Shown here piece after piece: positions 29,890 to 41,085 of a DNA stretch of 45,904 bases. Both the position numbers and the translations under genes were made by a program. Within the stretch, counting starts at the first letter, position 1. Each line of letters starts with the position of its first letter. Source of the DNA: Gammaproteobacteria bacterium (GTDB taxonomy: Bacteria > Pseudomonadota > Gammaproteobacteria > SZUA-152); contig JAJDNG010000196.1 of NCBI GenBank assembly GCA_022340845.1, forward strand, positions 1-45,904, written 5' to 3'. The notes below the pieces were generated by a model. The model was not told the origin of the DNA. It saw only the letters and a list, made by a program, of their open reading frames with translations, and ran no database searches.

Positions 29890-30882
29890 ATGTCAATGCG
29901 GGTCATTATCTTATGCCTGTTAACATGGCTGATGGCCTGCGATCCGAAACCGGCAAACGAGCTTGCGCACAACGCACCAGTCACATCGCCAGATATGGCA
30001 CAGGAGGCTCATACTCCGAACTCCGCCGGCATGGTGTTGGTACCAGGCGGTCCATTCATTATGGGCAGCAATTTGCGTGATGAAAGCGGAAAACAGAAAG
30101 AATACGGTCTGGTGAATCCGCTGTATCTGGATGAGCACCCTGAACACACGGTGACTATCGGTGATTTTTATATCGATATTTACGAAGTGACTAACGCTCA
30201 ATACAAACGCTTTCTGGAAAAATCCCACCGCCAAAAGATGCCCTTTCAATGGACCCAAAATGGGTACAATTTGGTCAAAGAGCGCCTGCAAGCCACCGAT
30301 CTCGATACCTTGCGCTGGATTGCCAGCGAATATTTCAAGCTGGATATGGATACCACAGTAATGGGTGCAAACGCCTTATTAAAAGCCATATTAAAGGAGC
30401 AAGCCAAACGCGATGTCCTGCCGGTGACCGGAGTGAGTTGGTATGACGCCAACGCGTATTGTTCCTGGGTGGGCAAGCGCTTACCCACCGAGCAGGAATG
30501 GGAAAAAGCCGCCCGTGGGCCGGATGGCAGAATGTACCCGTGGGGCAATGAATGGATACAGGACAATGTGAATACCGGGGATGACAGCGATTGGGAAGAA
30601 GGTATTGCCCCGGTGGGCTCATATCCTAAAAATGTATCGGTATATGGTGTTTACGACATGGTCGGCAATGTGTGGGAATGGGTGGCCAGCTGGTATCTGC
30701 CGTATCCCGGCACCGATTATCAGCACAAAGATTTTGGTCAGTATTTCCGCGTCATTCGTGGCGGTGGAGGCGGTATCGGCCACTATGCATTAAGTGTCTT
30801 TTTTCGGGGTGCCGCCCGTTCCTACGCGCCTCCCCACCAACCCAATAACGACGTCGGCTTCCGCTGCGCAAAAAATCCATAG
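29890..30882 (+). CDS. Formylglycine-generating-enzyme (SUMF1/FGE-sulfatase) family lipoprotein
   Basis: The ATG at 29890 follows AGAGGG (open from the TTG at 29848). It has a lipobox (LTWLMAC) and FGE-fold motifs (MVLVPGGPFIMGS, VTGVSWYDANAYCSWVGKRLPTEQEWEKAARG, GNVWEWV, GFRCA). Confidence 0.85.
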   Translation: MSMRVIILCLLTWLMACDPKPANELAHNAPVTSPDMAQEAHTPNSAGMVLVPGGPFIMGSNLRDESGKQKEYGLVNPLYLDEHPEHTVTIGDFYIDIYEVTNAQYKRFLEKSHRQKMPFQWTQNGYNLVKERLQATDLDTLRWIASEYFKLDMDTTVMGANALLKAILKEQAKRDVLPVTGVSWYDANAYCSWVGKRLPTEQEWEKAARGPDGRMYPWGNEWIQDNVNTGDDSDWEEGIAPVGSYPKNVSVYGVYDMVGNVWEWVASWYLPYPGTDYQHKDFGQYFRVIRGGGGGIGHYALSVFFRGAARSYAPPHQPNNDVGFRCAKNP

Positions 30883-31329
30883 CGGTGTAACGGTGTTGGT
30901 TGGGTTGTCGGCGTCGTGGCGTATGGCTAATGACGGAGGCAAGGCGGTGATCACTCCTGGTAACACAGGTTGCCCACGCGCTTAATCAGCGCCACTGCCG
31001 CAACGGCTAACTTAACGACGCTGGCAATCCCTACCGATGACACCCGCCAGCTCTTTGCAATCGATCCCCCTTTTTTTTCGCTTTGAGGAAAAATTCCTTT
31101 TGTGTCAACACGTTAGTAGTTTTTCGGGCCGATATTTCCGTTTGAACCGCTCCTTTCTTGCCAGTCACACGTCAGATTCGAATTAAAGTCAGTGGCTATT
31201 ATTGCCGATTCAGCTTAGAGCCAGTGTGGTGTGTGTGGCCGCCGCATTGACTTCACGCCGACGAATGACAGCAGCCACTTTTAAACGAAGTCAACGACGA
31301 ACTCCAACACTCAATACTGATGAACTGGC

Positions 31330-32250
31330 ATGGCAGATTTGTTTACTAAACCCCCTTTGGATTCATTGAACATACTGGCCGTGGATGACGAGATTTTTAA
31401 TTTGGAAATCTTGACCGAATGGCTGTCGGACCGAGGCATTCATGTTACGACGGCGGAAAATGGTCGCCATGCCTTAGAGGTGTTGCAGGATTCAACCGGG
31501 CGGTTCGACGCGATATTACTGGATCGTATGATGCCGGAAATGGACGGCTTGGAGTGTCTGGCCGCCATAAAAGCCCTGCCGCAATGGAAAGATGTTCCCG
31601 TGATCATGCAAAGCGCTGCCGCGACGGTGGAGGAAGTCCAAACGGCCCTGGACGCCGGTATCTGGTATTACCTCAGCAAGCCGTTTGAACGGCGCAAGTT
31701 GTTTGTCATGATTGAGACTGCCGTAGGCGATTATCGGCTACAGCGACGGCTTCGCCAGCTCGTTGAAGAATCACCCCTTGAATACGGCAATGATCCAGTC
31801 ACTGAAATACAAACCGTGGAGCAAGCGCAACACGCGGCCGTCAACCTGGCAAAACTCAGCGACAATCCGGGCAAAATCGTCATCGGTTTGTTTGAACTGC
31901 TGCTCAATGCCATAGAGCACGGGAATCTGGCTATCGGCTATCAAGAAAAGACCCGTCTTCTTAATGAACAGCGCTGGCTGGAAGAAATTGAATCCCGCCT
32001 GTGCCGCACGCCTTACAGCGATCACGTTGCACGGGTTTCGGTGAGTGAGGTTAACAACGGCGTTCAATATCTGATTCAAGATCAGGGCAGGGGATTTAAA
32101 AGCAAACCATACCTGCAACTGCAAACCCACCGCGCGGCCGATAACCATGGCCGGGGCATCAGTTTTGCCAACCGACTGAGTTTTGCGGACCTGCTATACC
32201 AGGGCACAGGCAATCAAGTGTGCGCACTGGCTACCAAGGTGGTCGCGTAG
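31330..32250 (+). CDS. Response-regulator receiver fused to a GHKL (RsbW/SpoIIAB-like) ATPase/kinase domain
   Basis: 306 aa. REC motifs are ILAVDDE, ILLDRMMPEMDG, VIMQSA and SKPF. The C-terminal N-box LLNAIEHGN and G-boxes DQGRGF and GRGISF follow. There is no H-box and no DNA-binding domain. Confidence 0.8.
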   Translation: MADLFTKPPLDSLNILAVDDEIFNLEILTEWLSDRGIHVTTAENGRHALEVLQDSTGRFDAILLDRMMPEMDGLECLAAIKALPQWKDVPVIMQSAAATVEEVQTALDAGIWYYLSKPFERRKLFVMIETAVGDYRLQRRLRQLVEESPLEYGNDPVTEIQTVEQAQHAAVNLAKLSDNPGKIVIGLFELLLNAIEHGNLAIGYQEKTRLLNEQRWLEEIESRLCRTPYSDHVARVSVSEVNNGVQYLIQDQGRGFKSKPYLQLQTHRAADNHGRGISFANRLSFADLLYQGTGNQVCALATKVVA

Positions 32251-32252
32251 TC

Positions 32253-33455
32253 ATGTCTAGCATGATGACTGAACGACCGGCAAGCGATCTACTAAGTGGC
32301 CAACAACCGCGTGTCCTGGTGGTGGACGATGATCCCATGCTGTGCAATTTAATCAAACTGCGACTGAAACGCCGTGGCTACGTCGTGTATGAGGCGTCCG
32401 ATGGCGAGCAGGCCTTGGACGTATTCGCGCAATGCCTGCCGGAAATCGTGCTGATGGATGCCAACATGCCTGGCATGGATGGATTTGACGCCACCCACGC
32501 CATCAAACAACTCCCCCAGGGGAAGAATACGCCGATTATTATGGTCAGCGGCCTGGAAGATGATGAATCCGTTGATCGAGCATTTTCGGTAGGGGCGGTG
32601 GAGTATATCACCAAGCCTATTTGCTGGCCGTTGCTTATCCATCGCTTGGCCAACATTTACGCCGCCATGCAGGCCAAGCAGGAAATTCTGCAGGCCAAAC
32701 TGAATGCCGATCGTGCCAACCAATCCAAATCGGAATTTCTGGCGAATATGTCTCATGAGTTGCGCACACCCATGCACGCTATCTTAAGTTTCGCCAGCAT
32801 GGGGCAGGAAAAAGTCTTTAATGCCGCACCGGAAAAACTCCAACAGTATTTCTCCCGCATCTCCGAAAGCGGTCAACGGTTGCTGGCGCTGTTAAACGAT
32901 TTGCTGGATTTATCCAAACTGGAGGCGGGCGCGGTTCACTGTCACTTCAAATCCAATAACCTCACCCAGATCGTCAATACCGTACTGCAGGAGATGAGCG
33001 GGCTGATTAAGGAAAAAGGCGTGGCTATCTTACATCAATCCGAAGATACGGATACCCGGGCGGTGTGCGACTCGGAAAAAATCATGCAAGTCGTGCGCAA
33101 TTTGCTCTCCAACGCCGTGAAATTCACCCCATCCGGCAACAGCATATTTTTGCGTTATTCACGCACGAGCCTGCCGGCAGCCAAATCCGCGCGCTCTATA
33201 CCGGCTTTGGCATTCAGTGTCATCGATCAAGGTATTGGGATTCCAGAGGAGGAACTCAGCAGCGTGTTCGACAAGTTTGTGCAATCCAGCAAAACCAAAA
33301 CCGGCGCCGGTGGTACGGGACTGGGGCTGGCAATTTGTCGGGAAATCATCGGTCGGCATGAAGGTGCCATAGAGGCCCGCAACAATGAATACGGCGGGGC
33401 CACATTTGAATTCAAAATTCCAGTCGAGGCTTTATCCGGGCGCAAAGCCGCCTGA
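32253..33455 (+). CDS. Cytoplasmic REC-HisKA-HATPase hybrid histidine kinase
   Basis: The ATG at 32253 lies 2 nt after the upstream stop (open from 32220). It has an N-terminal REC (VLVVDDDP, VLMDANMPGMDG, ITKP), then an H-box (SHELRTPMHAI), an N-box (LLSNAVKFT) and G-boxes ([15 protein letters not shown]). No TM segment and no PAS/GAF domain were seen. Confidence 0.9.
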   Translation: MSSMMTERPASDLLSGQQPRVLVVDDDPMLCNLIKLRLKRRGYVVYEASDGEQALDVFAQCLPEIVLMDANMPGMDGFDATHAIKQLPQGKNTPIIMVSGLEDDESVDRAFSVGAVEYITKPICWPLLIHRLANIYAAMQAKQEILQAKLNADRANQSKSEFLANMSHELRTPMHAILSFASMGQEKVFNAAPEKLQQYFSRISESGQRLLALLNDLLDLSKLEAGAVHCHFKSNNLTQIVNTVLQEMSGLIKEKGVAILHQSEDTDTRAVCDSEKIMQVVRNLLSNAVKFTPSGNSIFLRYSRTSLPAAKSARSIPALAFSVIDQGIGIPEEELSSVFDKFVQSSKTKTGAGGTGLGLAICREIIGRHEGAIEARNNEYGGATFEFKIPVEALSGRKAA

Positions 33456-33514
33456 CATATGCGGCTTAAGACGGAGGGCTTGCGAGGATCGACTCTTTAT
33501 GAAAAAGGCACTTT

Positions 33515-34675
33515 ATGAAAAATTCAGAGGTAAGGCAAATGGGTAACTCAGATCATAAGAAAGGCAAAATACTCATTGTGGACGATGAACCGTTCAATTG
33601 CGAGATTATGCAAGAAATCCTTGCAGAGGACTATGAGCTAAAGATGGTGAATAACGGCCAGGAGTGTCTGAATACAGCCTCCGACTGGTTACCCGATTTG
33701 ATTTTACTGGACATCAGTATGCCGGGTATGAGCGGTTATGAAGTCTGTCGGCAGTTGAAAGGCAGTGTTAAAACTCAGGATGCGCAAATTACCTTTGTCT
33801 CGGCGCTGGACACCCTGGCTGACCGGCTGGCCGGTTATGAAGTGGGCGGGGATGACTACATCACCAAACCGTTCGACGCGGACGAATTGGTGAAAAAAGT
33901 CGAGGTGGCGTTCAAGAACAAGTCCTTGCAACGGCAATTGCAAAACCACGCCGATAAGGCGATGAAGACCGCCATGTCCGCATTGAGCAGTACCAATGAA
34001 ATAGGCATGGTATTGCAGTTTATCAGTGCCACGTTCCATTGTAACGAATATGATTGTCTCGCGCAGCTGATTGTGGATGCTATTTCAGCCATGAGCTACC
34101 GCAGTACGGTACAGATTCGGGCCGAAGGCAGGGAAATCAACAAATGCAGTGAAGGCACTATTAACCCCCTTGAAGTGGCTGTCATTAATCGCATCAGCCA
34201 TGAAGACGATCACCTGGACATAGGGCCGCGTACCATAATGAACTTTGAGCATGTATCGGTATTGGTTAAAGACATGCCGGTTAATGATGAGGAAGAGTAC
34301 GCCCGCATAAAGGAAAATATTGCCGTGATTGCCGAAGGCAGTGAAGTGCGTATCAACGCCATCGAGGCGCAAAACGCCTTATTGGCCCGGGCCGGATTGC
34401 TGGATGTCTTGCGGCAGGCGCAACAGGCATTGAACGCATTAAACGAAAAGCAAGCCGAACACAAACAGCAAATCTTGGCCTTGATCCAGCAATTGAAACG
34501 CTCCCTGCAGGCCAAATTGGTTGCCGAGAGTATGAGTTCATTTAAGATTGATCCGATTGTGGACCTGGTCAACAAGACTCAAAAAGGGGCGTTAGCGGTG
34601 TTTGATGGTGAGGGACAAGCGGAAAACCCGGTGGAGCATGTTATTGAAGAGTTGCAAGCGGTGATAAACCGTTAA
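33515..34675 (+). CDS. Response-regulator receiver with an uncharacterised C-terminal domain of about 250 aa (alternative start 33539)
   Basis: REC motifs are ILIVDDEP, ILLDISMPGMSG, TFVSA and DDYITKPF. The C-terminal part has no motif I recognise and ends in a predicted coiled coil (LNALNEKQAEHKQQILALIQQLKRSLQAKL). Confidence 0.8.
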   Translation: MKNSEVRQMGNSDHKKGKILIVDDEPFNCEIMQEILAEDYELKMVNNGQECLNTASDWLPDLILLDISMPGMSGYEVCRQLKGSVKTQDAQITFVSALDTLADRLAGYEVGGDDYITKPFDADELVKKVEVAFKNKSLQRQLQNHADKAMKTAMSALSSTNEIGMVLQFISATFHCNEYDCLAQLIVDAISAMSYRSTVQIRAEGREINKCSEGTINPLEVAVINRISHEDDHLDIGPRTIMNFEHVSVLVKDMPVNDEEEYARIKENIAVIAEGSEVRINAIEAQNALLARAGLLDVLRQAQQALNALNEKQAEHKQQILALIQQLKRSLQAKLVAESMSSFKIDPIVDLVNKTQKGALAVFDGEGQAENPVEHVIEELQAVINR

Positions 34676-34693
34676 CCCGGTGGACGGGGCGTA

Positions 34694-35560
34694 CTAACCC
34701 TTGCCGTTGCCGGATACCTTCAACATAATTTTTTCCATCGCCCTATGCGACAAAAAGCGCATCAATATGGCGAATAAATACGTGGGAAACGTGACGTAGT
34801 AGCGGATTTTAGGGCGTGGGCTTTCCAGGGCGCGAATGACTTTTCTTAACACCGCGTCCGCGGGCAAGGTAAACGGTGTGGCAGCGCCTTCTTTGGTCAT
34901 GCGCGCCTCTTGCGCTTCATACTGAGCCAGGTGCGCACTGGTTTGCGCATTGATGTTTTTTTTGAAAGCCAGATAGGCGTTGGCGCGAAAGCGGCTTTCG
35001 ATGGGGCCGGGCTCCACCAAAATGACGTGTATGCCGGAGCCGCGAAGTTCCATGCGCAAAGTATCCGTTAAGCCTTCCAGGGCGAATTTACTGGCGACGT
35101 ATGCGCCGCGATACGCCAGCGCCACAAAGCCCAAAACGGAACTGTTTTGAATGATGCGCCCGTAGCCTTGTTGGCGCATCATGGGGATGATGAGGTTGGT
35201 GAGTTCCAGCCAGCCGAACACGTTGGTCTCAAATTGTGCCCGCAACACATCGCGTTTAAGATCTTCCACTGCGCCGGGTTGACCATAGGCACCATTGTTG
35301 AACAAGGCGTAAATTTCGCCATTGGTAAGCTGGTAAAGTTTTTTCACCGCGGTTCGAATCGACATGGAATCATTCAGATCCAATTGCAGGCATTCCAGGC
35401 CTTGGCTGCGCAAGCGCTGTACATCCTGGTTTTTACGGGCCGTGGCGACCACGCGATAACCTCGCTGCTGCAAGCCCAATGCGACGGTGTGCCCGATGCC
35501 GCTGGAACAACCCGTGATCAAAACGGTTTTAGCGGATGTTGAGGATGCGGAATTTGGCAT
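34694..35560 (-). CDS. Short-chain dehydrogenase/reductase (SDR) family oxidoreductase
   Basis: 288 aa with the TGCSSGIG cofactor motif, NNG and the catalytic YxxxK (YVASK). Confidence 0.9.
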   Translation of the reverse strand: MPNSASSTSAKTVLITGCSSGIGHTVALGLQQRGYRVVATARKNQDVQRLRSQGLECLQLDLNDSMSIRTAVKKLYQLTNGEIYALFNNGAYGQPGAVEDLKRDVLRAQFETNVFGWLELTNLIIPMMRQQGYGRIIQNSSVLGFVALAYRGAYVASKFALEGLTDTLRMELRGSGIHVILVEPGPIESRFRANAYLAFKKNINAQTSAHLAQYEAQEARMTKEGAATPFTLPADAVLRKVIRALESPRPKIRYYVTFPTYLFAILMRFLSHRAMEKIMLKVSGNGKG

Positions 35561-35687
35561 AAAATATTCAATACCACGAGCGATCGTACATTGTCTTCGC
35601 TGCCGAAAAGCAGGTATCTTAACATCACTGGCATTATAAAATCCGATTTGGTAGCCTGCGAAATCTTTTTACGCAATTTTAACGACA

Positions 35688-37381
<1,694 letters not shown>

Positions 37382-37666
37382 GCGATTGTTACTACTTATA
37401 AATTACCCCGGTTATAGCGCGGATATGAAAATTTATTAGTTATTGAAAACAAATAGATAGAGCGATTCTCGGGAATATGACTACCGTTCGTAAGTAGATT
37501 AAAAATTTAGTTGTAATTTTAAGCAAAATGTAAGAATCTATCCCCGGGGCAATGGTTGTTTTCTGTACGTCTTTTCCGTTAATGCTAATCAAGTGGTTAA
37601 AAAACTCGGAAAGTCGTGTGGATTACAGAACGCTGAATAATGTAAGTGTAACAATCGGGGGTACAC

Positions 37667-38329
37667 ATGATTAAAGTAACCATCGTCGACGACCATGAAT
37701 TGGTCAGGACCGGTATCATCCGGATTTTAAAAGATGAAACGGATATAGAAGTAGTGGCGGAGGCGTCCAGCGGAGAGGAAGCCATCCAACTGGTGAAACA
37801 ATACCAGCCAGATGTGGTGTTAATGGACGTCAATATGCCCGGCATCGGTGGCTTCGAAGCCACCCGCAAACTGATCCAAATGTACCCGGATCTGAAAGTC
37901 ATTGTCGTAACCATTCACGTGGACGATCCGTTTCCTTCCAGAATGCTGCAAGCCGGTGCCATGGGGTATTTAACCAAAGGCTGCGGTGTGGATGAAATCA
38001 TCAACGCCATCCGCGAAGTCAATACCGGCCGGCGTTATATCAGCGCCGATGTGGCCCAGCACCTGGCATTGAAATTAATGCCGGGAGGTGAGGAATCACC
38101 GTTTGATTCCTTGTCGCCACGCGAATTGCAAGTCATGCTAATGCTCACCCAGGGCACAAAAGTTCAGGAAATATCCGACAAGCTGTGCTTAAGTCCCAAA
38201 ACTGTGAGCACCTACCGGCATCGCTTGTACGATAAGCTGGGCGTGAGCAGTGATGTGGCGCTGACCCGTTTAGCCATGCGTTACGGCATGGTGGATGACG
38301 CCTATGAACCCGCCGCGGCGCATGTCTAA
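37667..38329 (+). CDS. uvrY: NarL/FixJ-family response regulator of the UvrY/GacA/SirA type
   Basis: 220 aa with REC (VTIVDDHELVR, VLMDVNMPGIGG) plus a LuxR-type HTH (LSPRELQVMLMLTQGTKVQEISDKLCLSPKTVSTYRHRLYDKLGV). Full-length resemblance to GacA/UvrY. Confidence 0.88.
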   Translation: MIKVTIVDDHELVRTGIIRILKDETDIEVVAEASSGEEAIQLVKQYQPDVVLMDVNMPGIGGFEATRKLIQMYPDLKVIVVTIHVDDPFPSRMLQAGAMGYLTKGCGVDEIINAIREVNTGRRYISADVAQHLALKLMPGGEESPFDSLSPRELQVMLMLTQGTKVQEISDKLCLSPKTVSTYRHRLYDKLGVSSDVALTRLAMRYGMVDDAYEPAAAHV

Positions 38330-38395
38330 ACCATGCTCCCAAAATTTTTGCCTTAACCGGTGGTCGTGCACTTAAACTAGCATGGTTGATTTTTT
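38329..38395 (+). terminator. Possible terminator after uvrY (long-loop hairpin plus T-run)
   Basis: AACCATGCT(38329-38337) pairs with AGCATGGTT(38379-38387), followed by GATTTTTT. The loop is about 41 nt, so this is weak. Confidence 0.3.
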
Positions 38396-38467
38396 AATGG
38401 CTTATTGATCCGGTTTTCCATCATGGATTTCCGGCAAAGTTGACAGAAATCAATAAATTATCCGATG

Positions 38468-38493
38468 CAGCCCGCGCATTATGTCGCGGGCTG
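38468..38493. other. Strong GC-rich hairpin in the uvrY/tlpA intergenic region
   Basis: Perfect 9-bp stem CAGCCCGCG(38468-38476)/CGCGGGCTG(38485-38493) with an 8-nt loop CATTATGT. There is no clear U-tract on either strand. Confidence 0.5.
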
Positions 38494-38684
38494 TTGACGT
38501 TATGGCGTCTGAGCCCCCACTATTATCAAGGTAGCGTAAAGGTAGTGGCGCAATATTTCGCACCATGCTGGAACCAGATGATTGATCCAATGTCCCATTT
38601 TTGAATGAGTCTAAATGTGGGGTTAAGCTTGTAATGCTACCGTTGTCCCAAGTTTGCGAGTAAATATTTAATAGATTGAGCATT

Positions 38685-39170
38685 ATGCAAATAGTCGTGC
38701 GTCGTTTATGGATTTTGTTGATGGCTTTGGCGTTAAGTGCCAGCGCATCGGAAACCGTCGATTTCACCCTACCCGATTTGGACGGTAAACCGCGCGCATT
38801 GTCCGAGTTTCGCGGAAAATGGGTGGTGGTGAACTACTGGGCAACCTGGTGCCCGCCTTGTTTGGATGAGATCCCCGAATTAGTGAATTTTCACGAACAA
38901 TACAAGGATAAAGATGCCGTGGTAGTGGGCGTGGATTTTGAAGACATTGCGTTGCCAAAACTCAAGACGTTCGTGGAAGACTATTTCATGAGTTACCCCA
39001 TTTTACAAATGAAACCGGCCCCCAAAAGTGAATTGGGTGTAATTTCCGGCTTACCCACCTCCTTTTTGGTGTCGCCGGAAGGCAAGGTTGTGGCTAAACA
39101 AACCGGGCCCGTAACATCAAAGATGATTAAAGATTTTATCGACGGTTATGATGATGAGGATAACAAGTAA
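38685..39170 (+). CDS. Periplasmic TlpA/ResA-like thiol:disulfide oxidoreductase (thioredoxin fold)
   Basis: The ATG at 38685 (open from the TTG at 38676) gives a signal peptide (…ALALSASA/SE). The WCPPC active site sits in a TlpA/AhpC-TSA-like context (GKWVVVNYWATWCPPCLDEIPEL). Confidence 0.88.
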   Translation: MQIVVRRLWILLMALALSASASETVDFTLPDLDGKPRALSEFRGKWVVVNYWATWCPPCLDEIPELVNFHEQYKDKDAVVVGVDFEDIALPKLKTFVEDYFMSYPILQMKPAPKSELGVISGLPTSFLVSPEGKVVAKQTGPVTSKMIKDFIDGYDDEDNK

Positions 39171-39739
39171 TGCGGTGGAAATTGAATTTTCTCTCGATAA
39201 ACTCAGTGCTGCTCCTGGTGTGTCTGGTCTATAGCAGCGTGGCGCTGTCTGCCGGCGGGCGGGATCCCTACAAGTATTTTTTTGATGAAACGTGGGGTAA
39301 TTTCGCTGAAGAATTGGACAACGCCCGCGACAAAGGCAAGACAGCTATCTTGATATTTTTCGAAATGGACGAATGTCCTTTCTGTCACCGCATGAAAGAA
39401 ACCGTGCTTAATCAACCGGAAGTGCAAGCCTATTTTAAAGAGCATTTTCTCAATATCAGCGTGGATATCGAAGGCGATGTGGAAATTACCGATTTCCAGG
39501 GCCAGTCCATGAAGCAGAAAGATTTCGCTTTTAAGATCAACCGGGTCAGGGCCACACCGGTATTTGCATTTTATAATTTGGATGGCGAGCGCATCGTACG
39601 CTATACCGGTGCCACCAACGGTGTGGAAGAATTTATGTGGTTAGGCGAGTATGTTGTAAGCGGTGAATATAAAAACGTGCCATTCACCAAATATAAAAGA
39701 GAAAAGAAAAACGCAACGCAAAAATTATCGCAAAAATAA
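39170..39739 (+). CDS. Secreted thioredoxin-fold protein with a CPFC motif
   Basis: 189 aa with a signal peptide (…VALSA/GG) and ILIFFEMDECPFCHRMKETV (CxxC). The start overlaps the upstream stop (TAATG). Confidence 0.8.
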   Translation: MRWKLNFLSINSVLLLVCLVYSSVALSAGGRDPYKYFFDETWGNFAEELDNARDKGKTAILIFFEMDECPFCHRMKETVLNQPEVQAYFKEHFLNISVDIEGDVEITDFQGQSMKQKDFAFKINRVRATPVFAFYNLDGERIVRYTGATNGVEEFMWLGEYVVSGEYKNVPFTKYKREKKNATQKLSQK

Positions 39740-39741
39740 TA

Positions 39742-41085
39742 GTGAAATCCGCCCCTTGTTTGTTACGACTTGGTGCGTTTGGATTTTCCTTAGGGTTGCT
39801 GCTGAGTGGCAGTATTCTGGCGCAAGCTGAGGAGTCCAAAACCACCCAATCCGTTGTGGCGCCCCTGCCAACGCCGCTTACATTGCATGCCGCCATGCAA
39901 GCCGTGGATCAAACCCATCCCGATTTAATTGTAGCTCAATCCCGTATAGAGCTTAGCAACGCCCAGTTAATGCAGGCGGATTCAGCTTATGGATTTCGCG
40001 CTTTCATACTAGGGGAGGCGCGCTATATTGAGCCGTCTCGCATTGCATTCGATCAATCCCAAAATGACAGCCGCATTGCCCTGGTAGCGCAAAAACGCTT
40101 ATACGATTTCGGTCGCACGGCCAACGCTGAAAAGGCTGCATTGGCGGAAGTGCAAAGCAGTAAATCGTTATATCAAAACGCCCTCAATCAATACCGAATA
40201 GCCGTTTTAGAAAGTTTCTTTAAAGTTTTATTGGCGGACTTGCAGTTTATTCGTGACAATGAAGCTATGTCTATAGCGTTCGTTAATTACGATCGCACAC
40301 AAATGCGCAACGAATTGGGGCAACGCTCCGATATCGAGTTGTTTGAATCGCAAAGTGAGTATCAACGTGTGAGACGCCAGTTGTATACCAGCCGCTCCAT
40401 GCAGCGCAATACCCGTTCCCAGCTAGCAAATGTTCTCAATCGCCCTGGTGAATTGGTGGCCGATATCATGGAACCTGAATTACCGGAAATCAACCGACCG
40501 CTACCGGAGGTGGAGGCGTTGCAGGAAAAGGCGCTAGCGGACAATCCGATGTTAATCGCATTGCGGGCCCAAGTGGAGGCCGCGGAAAAACGCATGGCAT
40601 CCGCCCGCGCTGGCTATCGGCCTACCCTGGCAGGCGAGGCATTGGTCAGTGAACAAAACCGCACAACGGGTAACTATAACGAGTGGGAGGCTAGTCTCAT
40701 CTTGAATGTTCCGCTATTAAATGGCGGTAAAGTCAAAGCGGATGTGGCGCAACAACAAGCTGAGCTGATTCGTCTCAAAGCAGAGTTGAGAAAAGCTGAA
40801 ATGGATGTGCAGCAAGCGGTTTTGGAAAACTGGCAATTGCTCGATACTTTGAAGGTTGAACGCGAAGAAATGAAGGCATTACTGGATTATCGAGACCTGT
40901 ATTTGGACCGTAGCCGCGCCTTATATGAAATGGAAGTGAAAACCGATTTGGGGGATTCCATGGTGGAAGTGTCCGAAGCCCGATTGAAAATGGCCAAGGC
41001 GAAATTTAATACGGCACTTACCTGGGCTCGTCTGGATGCGCTAATAGGCAACGAGGTTTACGCTGTGGAGGAGAACAAGCAATGA
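39742..41085 (+). CDS. TolC-family outer-membrane channel protein
   Basis: 447 aa with a signal peptide (…ILAQA/EE) and the two-repeat TolC/OEP pattern with long coiled-coil segments. The GTG start is 2 nt after the upstream stop. Confidence 0.88.
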   Translation: MKSAPCLLRLGAFGFSLGLLLSGSILAQAEESKTTQSVVAPLPTPLTLHAAMQAVDQTHPDLIVAQSRIELSNAQLMQADSAYGFRAFILGEARYIEPSRIAFDQSQNDSRIALVAQKRLYDFGRTANAEKAALAEVQSSKSLYQNALNQYRIAVLESFFKVLLADLQFIRDNEAMSIAFVNYDRTQMRNELGQRSDIELFESQSEYQRVRRQLYTSRSMQRNTRSQLANVLNRPGELVADIMEPELPEINRPLPEVEALQEKALADNPMLIALRAQVEAAEKRMASARAGYRPTLAGEALVSEQNRTTGNYNEWEASLILNVPLLNGGKVKADVAQQQAELIRLKAELRKAEMDVQQAVLENWQLLDTLKVEREEMKALLDYRDLYLDRSRALYEMEVKTDLGDSMVEVSEARLKMAKAKFNTALTWARLDALIGNEVYAVEENKQ

